DNA of 64,000 nt from an uncultured Desulfobulbaceae bacterium (GCA_945787445.1 CALZHT010000013.1:54079-118078), one strand, 5' to 3'; shown: positions 18,044-27,002, numbered from the stretch's first letter. Program-made: numbers and translations. Notes: generated by a model from the letters alone, not told the origin.

Positions 18044-19588
18044 TTAGGGCAGGGAGGCGCCGATGGTTTCCTCAAGAACGCTGTAGGCAATGCCCAGGTC
18101 GCTTCTACTCTGTTCCTGCTTTAATAAGGCTTGCAGCCAGTTGGTATAGGAAGTGATGACATCTGCAAAGGGCGCCTTGCCCGACTCGTAGCCGCTGGTG
18201 ACCACCTCAAGCGCCGCCTGGGACAGGTCCACAATGTTGTCCGCATAAAGCGCTTCTTCCCGTTTGGCCTTGTCAAGGCTGAACCATGCCCGGCGCACCA
18301 TGAACAGGGTTTCCGCCTCCATTTTTGCAAGGGTATTCCTGAGAGCCTGCAAGCTGTGGCGGGTTCGGTTTATGTAAGCGTCATTGCTGCCGAACCAAGG
18401 TGCTTTGGGAAGTCCGGCGCCCATTGCCGCCGTGGTGGCGGCCGGGAAGGTTTCCTTCTGCGCCGCCGTGCCTACCTGGCGAACCGCCTCATCCTCGAAC
18501 CGGGAAAGATTCAAAGTTAACGGCGGCAGGATCATGGTTTCCGCCATTTCGATCATCAGTTCCATTTTTGCGATCATGGCGCGCGTTTTTCTGAGTTCCT
18601 GCCGCTTGGCAAGGGCGATAGGGTACAGAGGATCCAGGAGCGGCATCTCTCCGGGGGCTTCCCCGGCTGTAGGAGCACCGATCCGGGAATTGGGGGGTAG
18701 ATTGAGCAGGTTTTTGAGCAGGGCTTCAAGGGTTAGCTGTTTTTCATGCAAGGTGTTGAGTTCTTCTTCGATGGTTGCCAGTTTGATCCGCACCTGGATC
18801 ACATTCTGGAAACCGGTCTTGCCGGTCTCGTAGCGGGTCTTGGCCACTGTCTCAAGGTGTTTCAGGAGCTGGACCATATCACTGGAAATCTCCTGAGCCT
18901 TGTGATTGAAGAGTAGATTCCAATATCCTTTGCGGGTTTTAGTCAGCACGGTGCGACGTGCTATTTCCAGTTGTGCGCGGGCCGCGATGACCTCCTGATT
19001 GGCGATTTCCCCTTTCAGCGCCATGGTTCCGGGGAAGGGGAAGCTGTTTTTGACCGGGACCTTACCTTTCATGGGGCCGACGGCGGTCATAAGCGCTTCC
19101 GTAAAAGCGGTGTATTGCTTGAGAATTTCTTCAAGATTGGCAACCTGGCTGATGGATTGAAGGGCAGCGGTCATGTTTGCCTGGGCCGCTTTGATGGCAG
19201 GGCTTCTGAGCAGGACCAGTATTTCTAGGTCCGCAAGCAGAAATTTTTCGTTAAGGACTGCGGTTGTTTTTTCATCATCCGCAGCAATCTCCTGCAAGCG
19301 GCGTAATCGCTCAGGATCAGGCCTGAAAAAGCTTTCAGCAGAAGAGGATGAGGCAACTGCCTCTTGCCAGCTGGCTTTGGCCTGTTCGAGCTGCTCAATT
19401 CCCATTTTGAATGCATCTAAATCAGGAACATCCGCTGTTTCCAAAGGTTCGCGGTCCCGGACATTTTCCTGATAAAATATACTGGGCTGATATGAATTAA
19501 ATTCCTTTTTCAGGCTACCATAACCTGCCAGGGCATAATTGGAACCGAGCAGAATCAGGGCAAGGACCAATGCTGTACAATACTTCAT
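18044..19588 (-). CDS. TolC-family outer membrane efflux protein (paralog 2)
   Basis: Signal peptide MKYCTALVLALILLGSNYALAG and long coiled-coil-rich OMF-like sequence. Its ATG overlaps the upstream stop (ATGA). Confidence 0.75.
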   Translation of the reverse strand: MKYCTALVLALILLGSNYALAGYGSLKKEFNSYQPSIFYQENVRDREPLETADVPDLDAFKMGIEQLEQAKASWQEAVASSSSAESFFRPDPERLRRLQEIAADDEKTTAVLNEKFLLADLEILVLLRSPAIKAAQANMTAALQSISQVANLEEILKQYTAFTEALMTAVGPMKGKVPVKNSFPFPGTMALKGEIANQEVIAARAQLEIARRTVLTKTRKGYWNLLFNHKAQEISSDMVQLLKHLETVAKTRYETGKTGFQNVIQVRIKLATIEEELNTLHEKQLTLEALLKNLLNLPPNSRIGAPTAGEAPGEMPLLDPLYPIALAKRQELRKTRAMIAKMELMIEMAETMILPPLTLNLSRFEDEAVRQVGTAAQKETFPAATTAAMGAGLPKAPWFGSNDAYINRTRHSLQALRNTLAKMEAETLFMVRRAWFSLDKAKREEALYADNIVDLSQAALEVVTSGYESGKAPFADVITSYTNWLQALLKQEQSRSDLGIAYSVLEETIGASLP

Positions 19589-20964
19589 GGCACGGTCCCC
19601 TCTGCTTGGTTCCCGGTTGGTTCGATGCTGGTGAGGCCTCGGCCGCATAACCTTTCCAGGCGGGCCAGGAATTTGCCATAGTCGGCTTGAGCCCGGGCCA
19701 GGGAAAGTTGAAAATTATACACCGTGGCCTGGATCTCAAGCAGATCGGCAAAGCTCCCCTGGCCTTCACGCTGCCAGGTTTCCATGGATTCCAGACTGCG
19801 GACGGCTTGGGGCAGAAGTTCCTGTTCATAAAGAGAGACAAGGCGTTGAGCATTCCTGAGGCGGAAGAACATCTCACGGATGCCTGCATTTGTCCTGTTA
19901 ATTGTTTCGTTTTTCAAGGCCAGGGCTTTTTCCGTGCCGGCGCCGGCGCGGTCCAGGCCGCTTTTATTTTTTCCAAACCAGAGCGGGATGGTCATACCTG
20001 CCTGGACGCCTACCGCATCTCGGCCTGCGTCCTTTGGCGGCGAGAGAACATCAGGATCGCCTATCTCCGCATAAAAAACGCCGACCTTGAAATCCGGTAA
20101 GAATCCATATCCAGCCAGTTTCTTTTTGATTTTACTTTTCCGGTATTGCAGGTCAGCACTTTGAATTTCTTCACTGTTTTTCTGGGCCAATTGATAGATT
20201 TCCTCAAGGTTGTATACAACCGGACTTATTGTTGTCCCTGACAATCTGCCGATAACCGCATGAGGATCACGGTTCAGCAGGGTGTTCAGTTTGGTTTTTT
20301 CCGTCTGTTCAAGTTCCTCGAGCAGTAAAATATCATAGCGCAGCTGGCCAACCTGGGCCTGGGCCTTGACCACATCAGCCAGAGTGGCATGATCTTCTGC
20401 ATAGGAAGTCTCCGAGATCTTTCGGAACTGCTCGAGCAGTTCGTTGTTTCTGGCGGCAATCTTTTTTGCTGCCTGGATGTAAAGGAGTTCGTGGTAGGAC
20501 TCCCGAATGCTGACGATCATATCCCGCACTGCCTTGTCCAGTCCGAGCCGGGCTATCTTGGCATCGGTTGCTACAATGGCGCCTTTCTTGGTCAGTTTAC
20601 CTGGAAACGGGATCTGCTGGGTCAGGGTGGCGTTCCAATCCTGGGGCCCCAGTCTGGTCTCAATGGGATCGGTGAAATAGGTGACCATCACTTGCGGATC
20701 AGGGTAGCCGCTTTCCAGCCGATAGCGTTCAATCTCCATGCGCCATGTCTGGCGTTGTGCCGCAACGGTTTGGTTGTTCCGGTATCCATAGGCAATTAGA
20801 TCCGCAATGGCCGGGCCCCCAATAACTTTCTGTTCGAGGTCCATGCTGTTCTCCGCACCTTGGAGAGGTGCGGCACATCTCAAGAATAATGCAGTAACAA
20901 GGGTGAGGGAGAGAAGGATATGTTTTATAGTAAAGCGTCGGGGAGCATGAGCTGTTATATTCAT
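19585..20964 (-). CDS. TolC-family outer membrane efflux protein (paralog 1)
   Basis: 459 aa with a signal peptide and OMF-like repeats (YPDPQV, GPQDWNATLTQQIPFPGK). First gene of the operon. Confidence 0.8.
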   Translation of the reverse strand: MNITAHAPRRFTIKHILLSLTLVTALFLRCAAPLQGAENSMDLEQKVIGGPAIADLIAYGYRNNQTVAAQRQTWRMEIERYRLESGYPDPQVMVTYFTDPIETRLGPQDWNATLTQQIPFPGKLTKKGAIVATDAKIARLGLDKAVRDMIVSIRESYHELLYIQAAKKIAARNNELLEQFRKISETSYAEDHATLADVVKAQAQVGQLRYDILLLEELEQTEKTKLNTLLNRDPHAVIGRLSGTTISPVVYNLEEIYQLAQKNSEEIQSADLQYRKSKIKKKLAGYGFLPDFKVGVFYAEIGDPDVLSPPKDAGRDAVGVQAGMTIPLWFGKNKSGLDRAGAGTEKALALKNETINRTNAGIREMFFRLRNAQRLVSLYEQELLPQAVRSLESMETWQREGQGSFADLLEIQATVYNFQLSLARAQADYGKFLARLERLCGRGLTSIEPTGNQAEGTVP

Positions 20965-21041
20965 TACTGATTTCTTGATTTCTATTTTATGTCCTTAGTA
21001 TGTAATTATTGTGAAAGGATAGCATCAGCGTCTTTATAAAA

Positions 21042-21056
21042 GCAATACTGATGCCA
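21042..21056 (-). promoter_or_regulatory. sigma-54 (-24/-12) promoter of the efflux operon
   Basis: Minus strand reads TGGCATCAGTATTGC: GG and GC with exact consensus spacing (TGGCAY-N5-TTGC). It is about 78 nt upstream of the ATG at 20964. Confidence 0.7.
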
Positions 21057-21119
21057 TGATATTTTTTGTTTTCATTTTGAATAGTTAACTGTATCAGGTG
21101 AAATGATCCTCCAGGTTTT

Positions 21120-21173
21120 AGAGAATATTCTTTAGGTTGAATGAAGAATATTCTCTAGTGTCGTGTCACGACA
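21120..21173. promoter_or_regulatory. two palindromes, candidate enhancer-binding-protein sites
   Basis: AGAGAATATTCTT-N11-AAGAATATTCTCT is a perfect 13-bp IR at 21120-21156. TGTCGTGTCACGACA is a perfect 15-nt palindrome at 21159-21173. They lie 65-130 bp upstream of the sigma-54 promoter. Confidence 0.5.
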
Positions 21174-21348
21174 TTCAGATTTCCTGAATTCGAGGATTTT
21201 ACGATGATATGAGCATTGATAATGCCCGTAAGAGTGCCTAAAATTCGAAGTGCCTTAAGTGCCTAAAGTTAATGTACTTGTTTTGTCAGATATTCCTTTA
21301 ACTTTAGGCACTTCGAACTTTAGTGCACTTTAGGCACTTAACTCGGTA
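21173..21348 (+). repeat. family B hairpin element, copy B2 (most complete)
   Basis: Same 5' module as B1. Left arm is GAGTGCCTAAAATTCGAAGTGCCTTAAGTGCCTAAAGTTA. Right arm is TAACTTTAGGCACTTCGAACTTTAGTGCACTTTAGGCACT. Confidence 0.9.
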
Positions 21349-21470
21349 TCAAACAATTTCCTATAGGGTCCCTCTATCTCCTCAATATTATGTCATGAGG
21401 TCAGCAGTTCTGACATTAGTGTTTGGCATCACATGTCCTCATAGGGACAAGGGAAAATATTGATTTCATT

Positions 21471-21992
21471 ATGGATGCGCTTTTTACCATCGGGCATTCC
21501 AACCACAGGCTGGTTGCTTTTATTGAGATGCTCAAAGCCAAGGCTATTGAGGTGGTTGTGGATATCCGCTCGGCGCCGTATTCCCGCTATGTGCCGCAAT
21601 ACAATAAAGCAGAGATTGCCAAGTCCCTCGAGGAAACGGAATTGCAATATCTTTATTTAGGAGATGGCTTGGGCGGCAAACCAAGGGATCCAGGGATAGC
21701 CGCGCTTCCTGTAGAAGAAAAATATGTACGAATTGCAGAGTCGGCCCAGTTCCAGCAGGGCCTTGATCGGTTGGAAAAAGGACTTGCTGCCGGCTGGCGA
21801 ATTGCACTCATGTGTGCGGAGGAAAATCCCTTAAAATGCCACCGGCACATGCTTGTTGCCAGAGAACTCGAGCTGGTCCGCCATGTTCCGGTCTATCATC
21901 TCCGGGTAGATGGCACTTCATTGCGGGCGCTCAAGAAGCTGGTTGACAGCCCGGAACAAATGCGGTTGTTTAATCGGGTGCATAGGCTTTGA
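21471..21992 (+). CDS. DUF488 family protein
   Basis: MDALFTIGHSNH...VVDIRS.P.SR...CAEENPLKCHRH, the pattern typical of DUF488. Start moved to ATG 21471. Confidence 0.75.
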   Translation: MDALFTIGHSNHRLVAFIEMLKAKAIEVVVDIRSAPYSRYVPQYNKAEIAKSLEETELQYLYLGDGLGGKPRDPGIAALPVEEKYVRIAESAQFQQGLDRLEKGLAAGWRIALMCAEENPLKCHRHMLVARELELVRHVPVYHLRVDGTSLRALKKLVDSPEQMRLFNRVHRL

Positions 21993-22063
21993 TGGAATCA
22001 CAAGTAAGCTTTTTTACCACAGAGAACACAGAGAACACAGAGGGAACAGAAGCAATAGGCAGA

Positions 22064-22100
22064 GGGCACAGAGTAGGGCGGGCTGTGCCCGCCGGTTTTT
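22064..22100 (+). terminator. intrinsic terminator after the DUF488 gene
   Basis: GGGCACAG...CTGTGCCC (or GGCGGGC-TGT-GCCCGCC) followed by GGTTTTT. It is preceded by an imperfect 9-mer repeat CACAGAGAA x3 (22018-22050). Confidence 0.7.
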
Positions 22101-22172
22101 GATTATGAATAATTATAATGGTTAGGTTCTTCTGGCCTCTGGATTCTTTATTTGATTTTCATGGAGGGTGCA

Positions 22173-22772
22173 ATGACTAAGATAGAAGAAAAGGTTTTTG
22201 GTATAAATGGTTGCCAGGTGCATACCTTGCAGGCCGGCAATCCTGAGGGGCAGGATGTTCTGCTCCTGCACGGCATGGCGTTTCAGGCCCAGACCTGGCA
22301 TGATCTGCAAACACTGAGCACCCTTGCCGAGGCGGGTTTTCACGCCGTGGCCCTTGATCTGCCGGGATTCGGTAAATCACCGCAGTGCTCCATGAATCCA
22401 CAGGAAGTCCTAGTGGCGGTGATCGAACAGGCTGGGCTAAAGAAACCGGTACTTGTCGGTCCTTCCATGGGCGGCCGGGTGAGTCTGGAGTTTGCCTTGG
22501 CGCGGCCGGATCTGGTGGGCGGTCTGGTGCTGGTTGGCGCAGTGGGAGTTCAGGAAAACAGAAAGCGGCTGGCTGAGATCAAGGTCCCCTGTCTGGTGGT
22601 CTGGGGCGGTATGGATACTATTTCGCCTCTTGAGAACGGTAAACTGCTTGAGCACTCCATTGATAATGCCAGGCTGGTGATCATCGAGGAAGCGCCCCAT
22701 CCCTGCTACTTGGATAATCCCGATATATGGCACCACGAGCTTCTTGCGTTTCTTAAGGAACAGTCCGGTTAA
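22173..22772 (+). CDS. alpha/beta hydrolase fold protein
   Basis: HG dipeptide (LLLHGMAF), nucleophile elbow GPSMGG, C-terminal EEAPHPC. RBS GGAGGG precedes ATG 22173. Confidence 0.8.
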   Translation: MTKIEEKVFGINGCQVHTLQAGNPEGQDVLLLHGMAFQAQTWHDLQTLSTLAEAGFHAVALDLPGFGKSPQCSMNPQEVLVAVIEQAGLKKPVLVGPSMGGRVSLEFALARPDLVGGLVLVGAVGVQENRKRLAEIKVPCLVVWGGMDTISPLENGKLLEHSIDNARLVIIEEAPHPCYLDNPDIWHHELLAFLKEQSG

Positions 22773-23607
22773 TCAAAGGATTGGCATAACAATACAGGCA
22801 GCCGTGCCGGCATTTCTGAAGGTATGAGCCGATATCGCGGCTCTGGAAGCAGCCGCATCCTTTCCTGGTTGGTTTTCTGGAGAGAGGCAAATGGTTTCCG
22901 AACCTGTCGGTCTGCATCAGGAGATCTTGGTCAACGCAGGCGGCAGAGCGGATTTGCGGGATGCTCTCGTGGACCTCATGATTGCAGCAATTATAGATGG
23001 TAATCCCGGCATGTTGGGCGGCGAGAAGCATCCTAGTTGTTATTGCCTCGCGTTCCTCCGGGGTAAAGGAAAGAAAGCGTATCGATCGGTTCTGCAACTT
23101 GGCATATAGTGTCATAAAGGAAAAATAACATCGTGTGATTCCCAGTCGTTCCATGGAAGAAAGCAAACGGAAAAATCCATCGCCATTGTCCATGGCCAGT
23201 TTTCCTGGATTCTGATAGCGGCAAAGGGGATCATAGCGCCAAAGAACCCTTTCCGCCCCCACTAGCTCACAGAGCTTTTCCAGGGTCTGAATTCTGTGGT
23301 CGAGAGGTGCAACATTCGGCTCCAAGGATGGACAGTGGTTGATGGTGAAATGAAAGACAGCGTTATTTGTTGCAATAAGCCTTTTAAAGCGAGGGTCTTT
23401 TATAAGTAGGCTATAATCCTTGGACCAGAAGATATACCCCAAGACGTCTTCCGGCTTCAATGAAACAGTATACGAACGGCCGTAACCTCCGTTGTAGGTG
23501 ATCTCACCGTTTTCCCAGGCCGCGAAAAATTGATCGCTATAAAAACGAGGAATGTCGGTGCGGCGAGAAACGGAAATATACTGTGGTTGTTTTTTGGATA
23601 GAAGCAT
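22753..23607 (-). CDS. DUF1848 family protein
   Basis: N-terminus ISVSRRTDIPRFYSDQF and a C-terminal Cys cluster (CGCFQSRDIG...CRHGCLYCYAN), as I recall for DUF1848. Confidence 0.65.
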   Translation of the reverse strand: MLLSKKQPQYISVSRRTDIPRFYSDQFFAAWENGEITYNGGYGRSYTVSLKPEDVLGYIFWSKDYSLLIKDPRFKRLIATNNAVFHFTINHCPSLEPNVAPLDHRIQTLEKLCELVGAERVLWRYDPLCRYQNPGKLAMDNGDGFFRLLSSMERLGITRCYFSFMTLYAKLQNRSIRFLSFTPEEREAITTRMLLAAQHAGITIYNCCNHEVHESIPQIRSAACVDQDLLMQTDRFGNHLPLSRKPTRKGCGCFQSRDIGSYLQKCRHGCLYCYANPLINRTVP

Positions 23608-23728
23608 GGGGATTATGGAATGTATGTGATCCTCTAAAGGAAATAATAAACCTATGGTTGTTTGCGACGCTTGGAAAACAGCACATGCAATTAGTATACT
23701 GCTTTAAACTGCTGGACAAGGAAATGCA

Positions 23729-24307
23729 ATGGTGAATAGAAAACTCCGTCGGCTGAGACAGGAGGCGCACAAGCTGGCGGAAAAGAGGTATGAACGGCAC
23801 AGAAGGCAGAACCTGGTGCAGGCAACACCGGGTGTCCATGAATTTATCATTGTGCTGGATAACCTGAAACCATCGTTCAACATCGGCAAGATATTCAGAA
23901 GCGCCGATGCTTTTGGTGCCCGTGGAGTGCATCTGATCGGGACGGAATTTTTCGATCCTGCATCGGCTATGGGCTCTTTCAAGTGGGTGCCGGCCTTCTT
24001 TTACAACACCTTTGCCGAGTGCTACGAACATCTGGTAAGTAGGAAGTATACCCTCTTCACTCTGGAGCCTGAGGAAGGTGAGTTACTTAATCGTGTGGAA
24101 CTGCCAAAAAGAAGCGCCTTTATATACGGACATGAAGAATTCGGATTCAGTTTTGACAAACGAGATTTCAACCACATCCAGAGCCTCAGGATCGAACAGC
24201 AGGGCAGGGTACAGAGTTTAAACGTCAGCGTTGCCGCCTCAATTGTCATGTATGAGTATTTTCGGCAGCACAACCAGATACCTTCGGTTATTGATCAGAA
24301 TCCTTGA
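23729..24307 (+). CDS. TrmH/SpoU family RNA 2'-O-methyltransferase
   Basis: SpoU motifs NIGKIFRSADAFG, FIYGHEEFG, IEQQGRVQSLNVSVAASIVMYE. Confidence 0.8.
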   Translation: MVNRKLRRLRQEAHKLAEKRYERHRRQNLVQATPGVHEFIIVLDNLKPSFNIGKIFRSADAFGARGVHLIGTEFFDPASAMGSFKWVPAFFYNTFAECYEHLVSRKYTLFTLEPEEGELLNRVELPKRSAFIYGHEEFGFSFDKRDFNHIQSLRIEQQGRVQSLNVSVAASIVMYEYFRQHNQIPSVIDQNP

Positions 24308-24457
24308 CATTGTCTTTTGGGTTTTGTTTACGATTTACTTAACCCATTAAACCATCAGCTATTCTGATGGTCCAAATTTTGCTATGTGTTATAATGGGAG
24401 ATTTTCAGAATAATTTACTCTAATGATCATTTTGAGTATGCACTTTATATCAATCTG

Positions 24458-24490
24458 TTCTTTTTCTTTGCTTGCCCGAAAGAAAAAGAA
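24458..24490. repeat. perfect 12-bp inverted repeat TTCTTTTTCTTT-N9-AAAGAAAAAGAA
   Basis: Read directly. It is followed (24500-24615) by a GC-rich stretch loosely resembling family G. Confidence 0.8.
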
Positions 24491-24728
24491 CCAAAAAGAA
24501 AGGGCAGCCGTTCACTTGGTCCCGCGTTGCGTGACTACCCTGCGTGCTCAGACAGTCCTCGCGCTTAATCCGGCCAATTCTGCGCTGCTCGGCTGCGTGA
24601 AATGGCAATGTAAAAAGCTTAACTGCTAATATTGATTACCCTTTTAGATTCGCATCTTTTGCCACTCCTACTAAGGGCGGTCGTTAATTAACAGATCAAC
24701 TTAATTTAAGGTGAAGGGGAGGAAAATA

Positions 24729-25190
24729 ATGAAACTGTATCTTGTGCAGCACGCTCAGGCCACCTCCAAGGAGGAAGATTCCAGACGGCCGCTTGCCATG
24801 CAGGGGTTGGATGACATCAGAAAGGTTGCGGAATATGGCGCAGCCCATTGCGCCATTATCGTTGATAAGGTATTGCACAGCGGCAAACTGCGTGCCCAGC
24901 AGACGGCGGACGCCCTTGCTTCTACGATGAATCTGCCGGCGCCGGAGGAAACCGACGGCCTGGAACCTCTTGCCGATCCTTCACTCTGGGCGGATCGCCT
25001 TGCAGAAAATGAGGATGATCTGATGCTGGTGGGCCATCTGCCCCATATGGCCAGGCTTGCCTCCTTTCTGCTGTGCAAGGATGCAGACAGGGGTGTGGTC
25101 CGCTTTCAGATGGGTGGTGTTGTCGCTCTTGAACGGGACGATTCTTTTCAATGGTCGCTGAGCTGGATGATTGTCCCAGCGATTCTGTAA
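24729..25190 (+). CDS. sixA: phosphohistidine phosphatase SixA-like
   Basis: MKLYLVQHA start (RHG-type histidine phosphatase N-terminus, LVQHA...) and HSGKLRAQQTA. RBS AAGGGGAGG. Confidence 0.75.
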   Translation: MKLYLVQHAQATSKEEDSRRPLAMQGLDDIRKVAEYGAAHCAIIVDKVLHSGKLRAQQTADALASTMNLPAPEETDGLEPLADPSLWADRLAENEDDLMLVGHLPHMARLASFLLCKDADRGVVRFQMGGVVALERDDSFQWSLSWMIVPAIL

Positions 25191-25210
25191 TGTCTTTGTG
25201 GTAATAGTCT

Positions 25211-25457
25211 CAGTTAAGGTAAGTACCCCTTCCTTTCAATTAGGCAGCTTTAGGTCGTATTTGTTATTTTCGTGCTCGTGCGCGTAATCGTGTAATCGAT
25301 TTTCCTTGTATTCATAATCAAACACAGAATGCTTCCTTTTCAATTACGATTACGATTACGAGCACGAAAACGTTACAAACGGATCTTTTTGACCCGTATC
25401 CGGACTTTCAGTCCTTTGCATTCAAAATCCATCGTCTTCAGACGGAGGCTGTTGGGT
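25211..25457 (+). repeat. family A structured element, copy A1
   Basis: Aligns over its full length with A2-A4. It carries 3 CGATTA-type units and 1 AGCACG unit in the right arm. Confidence 0.9.
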
Positions 25458-25493
25458 CTCTACACCCCTTCTCCTTGGCTTGTGGGCCAAAGG

Positions 25494-26057
25494 TTAAAAA
25501 TGCTGGTCGGTAAGTTCCAGAAACTGAGAAACTGAGGTCACATAGGTCGGCTCCGGCTCGGGCTCTTCCAGCAGTTCAACAGTAAAGAGCTGTTTTTTTA
25601 TTGGATCCTGCCGGATAATCCATAATTTCCATTCCGCTCCTTCTTTGAAAAGGATGCATCCCCTTTTACCGCTGGCATGCCAGAGATCCTGGAAAGGTAC
25701 TTTGGCTGTTGCACCATTTCTGAGTTTGAGAATGTTGCTCTCTCTTTCCTCAATGAAAGTACTGTATGCCGGTATTCCCGAGGGTAGAGCAATGTCAGAT
25801 TCGCCTGCAATTCGGCCTGTATGTTGTTTGTTCTGAGTGGAGGATTTGTAAGCTATTATAGCAGTGGCAATGTCATCCGAATTGAAGTGCAGGAGAGATT
25901 GATCCGCGACACACACCCCTTCAATAAGAGAGTACCCTATCTCACAACTGGGATTTCCGGAAAAATCCTTTGGATTTGAAATATCAATGAGATTTGCAAA
26001 AGATAGCGAATGTATCAACAGAAAGAATACAAAGCATATACACCATAGCTTTTTCAT
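25494..26057 (-). CDS. secreted hypothetical protein, 187 aa
   Basis: RBS GGAGGAG before ATG 26057. Signal peptide MKKLWCICFVFFLLIHSLSFA. No family recognised. Confidence 0.6.
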   Translation of the reverse strand: MKKLWCICFVFFLLIHSLSFANLIDISNPKDFSGNPSCEIGYSLIEGVCVADQSLLHFNSDDIATAIIAYKSSTQNKQHTGRIAGESDIALPSGIPAYSTFIEERESNILKLRNGATAKVPFQDLWHASGKRGCILFKEGAEWKLWIIRQDPIKKQLFTVELLEEPEPEPTYVTSVSQFLELTDQHF

Positions 26058-26300
26058 GGATCTCCTCCCCACCAGAAAGAATTTCGAAGGTTTGTTCCTT
26101 ATAAATGCATAAGTACTGTGGCATCAAACCAGCTGCCCCCCAAGTCGCCGGTCGTGATACATGTATATATGAAAAATGGAGGCGATGAAGTCAACCATAA
26201 AATAGCCAGAGAGGAGAGATTGTGCCATGGATGGACCTGCGGAGGATTCTAATGATAGTTGCTCGTTTGTTTCCTACTTAATTCTGCCGGGAGTCTTGAT

Positions 26301-26315
26301 TTGCCAAAATGGCAA
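26301..26315. promoter_or_regulatory. palindrome TTGCCA-AAA-TGGCAA, candidate activator site
   Basis: Perfect 6-3-6 inverted repeat about 80 bp upstream of the sigma-54 promoter at 26390. Confidence 0.35.
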
Positions 26316-26389
26316 AAAATCGTGCCATAATGACAGGAATAAACGCCACTCAATTTTATAAGTATTTAATATTGTTACTTTTTTCGTGT

Positions 26390-26405
26390 TGGCATGGAAT
26401 TGGCA
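26390..26405 (+). promoter_or_regulatory. sigma-54 (-24/-12) promoter
   Basis: TGGCATGGAATTGGCA: GG and GC at exact consensus spacing with one mismatch (TGGC for TTGC). It is 75 nt upstream of ATG 26480. Confidence 0.6.
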
Positions 26406-26479
26406 ATAGTATAAAAGCAAAGAGCAAAAAAAGGATTCAAAAAGGCAACAAGAGAAAAAAGTATAACAGGAGGAACATC

Positions 26480-26692
26480 ATGAACACCACAATGACAAAA
26501 AATAAAACCAGGACTCAGGGAATTGCATCCGTTAATACTGGAACAGCTGCAGTAACAAAAGGCGGCATGGCTGTCTTGGCCGGTTCATCTGCACTGGTTG
26601 GCATTTGGGCAACTGCCTGCATGGCAATAGCACTCGTATCCAGCGGACCTGCTGAACTTATCAGAGGTTGGTTAGGGGCAGTGATTGGCTAA
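26480..26692 (+). CDS. small single-pass membrane protein, paralog 1 (70 aa)
   Basis: RBS AGGAGG. MNTTMTKNKTRTQG...SSALVGIWATACMAIALV...IRGWLGAVIG. Paralogous to the next ORF. Confidence 0.7.
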   Translation: MNTTMTKNKTRTQGIASVNTGTAAVTKGGMAVLAGSSALVGIWATACMAIALVSSGPAELIRGWLGAVIG

Positions 26693-26729
26693 GAATCTGT
26701 AAATAGAATTTCTCAGTGAGGCGACGACC

Positions 26730-26945
26730 ATGACCAGGACATTGGCAAAAACCAAAAACAAGACAAAAGAGATTGAAAGCACCCAGGCCGGTATTGATTC
26801 CGTTTCCAAAAGCAGCCTTATTGCCATGGGGGTAATCTCAGCACTGGTCGGCCTTTGGGCCTTGGCCTGCCTGATCAGCGCTATTTCAGGCGGCGGGCTT
26901 ATGGAGATGACCCAGGGATTGTTCACGGCCTTAACTGGAAAGTAG
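26730..26945 (+). CDS. small single-pass membrane protein, paralog 2 (71 aa)
   Basis: MTRTLAKTKNKTKE...ISALVGLWALACLISAIS...TQGLFTALTGK. The shared core with paralog 1 is SALVG(I/L)WA.AC. Confidence 0.7.
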   Translation: MTRTLAKTKNKTKEIESTQAGIDSVSKSSLIAMGVISALVGLWALACLISAISGGGLMEMTQGLFTALTGK

Positions 26946-27002
26946 AAAGAGGTTAAAGAAGCACGCTTCAGATTTCCTTCTGTAAGATATCAAAATAAAA
27001 AA

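Noticed and set aside
23537-24031. 164-aa minus-strand ORF overlapping the DUF1848 start and the trmH-like gene
   Set aside because: It is antisense to a gene with clear SpoU motifs and has no recognisable features of its own.
26117-26131. Second sigma-54-like motif TGGCATCAAACCAGC upstream of the small-protein pair
   Set aside because: The -12 region is CAGC rather than TTGC, and it lies about 350 nt from the ATG. The motif at 26390 is clearly better.
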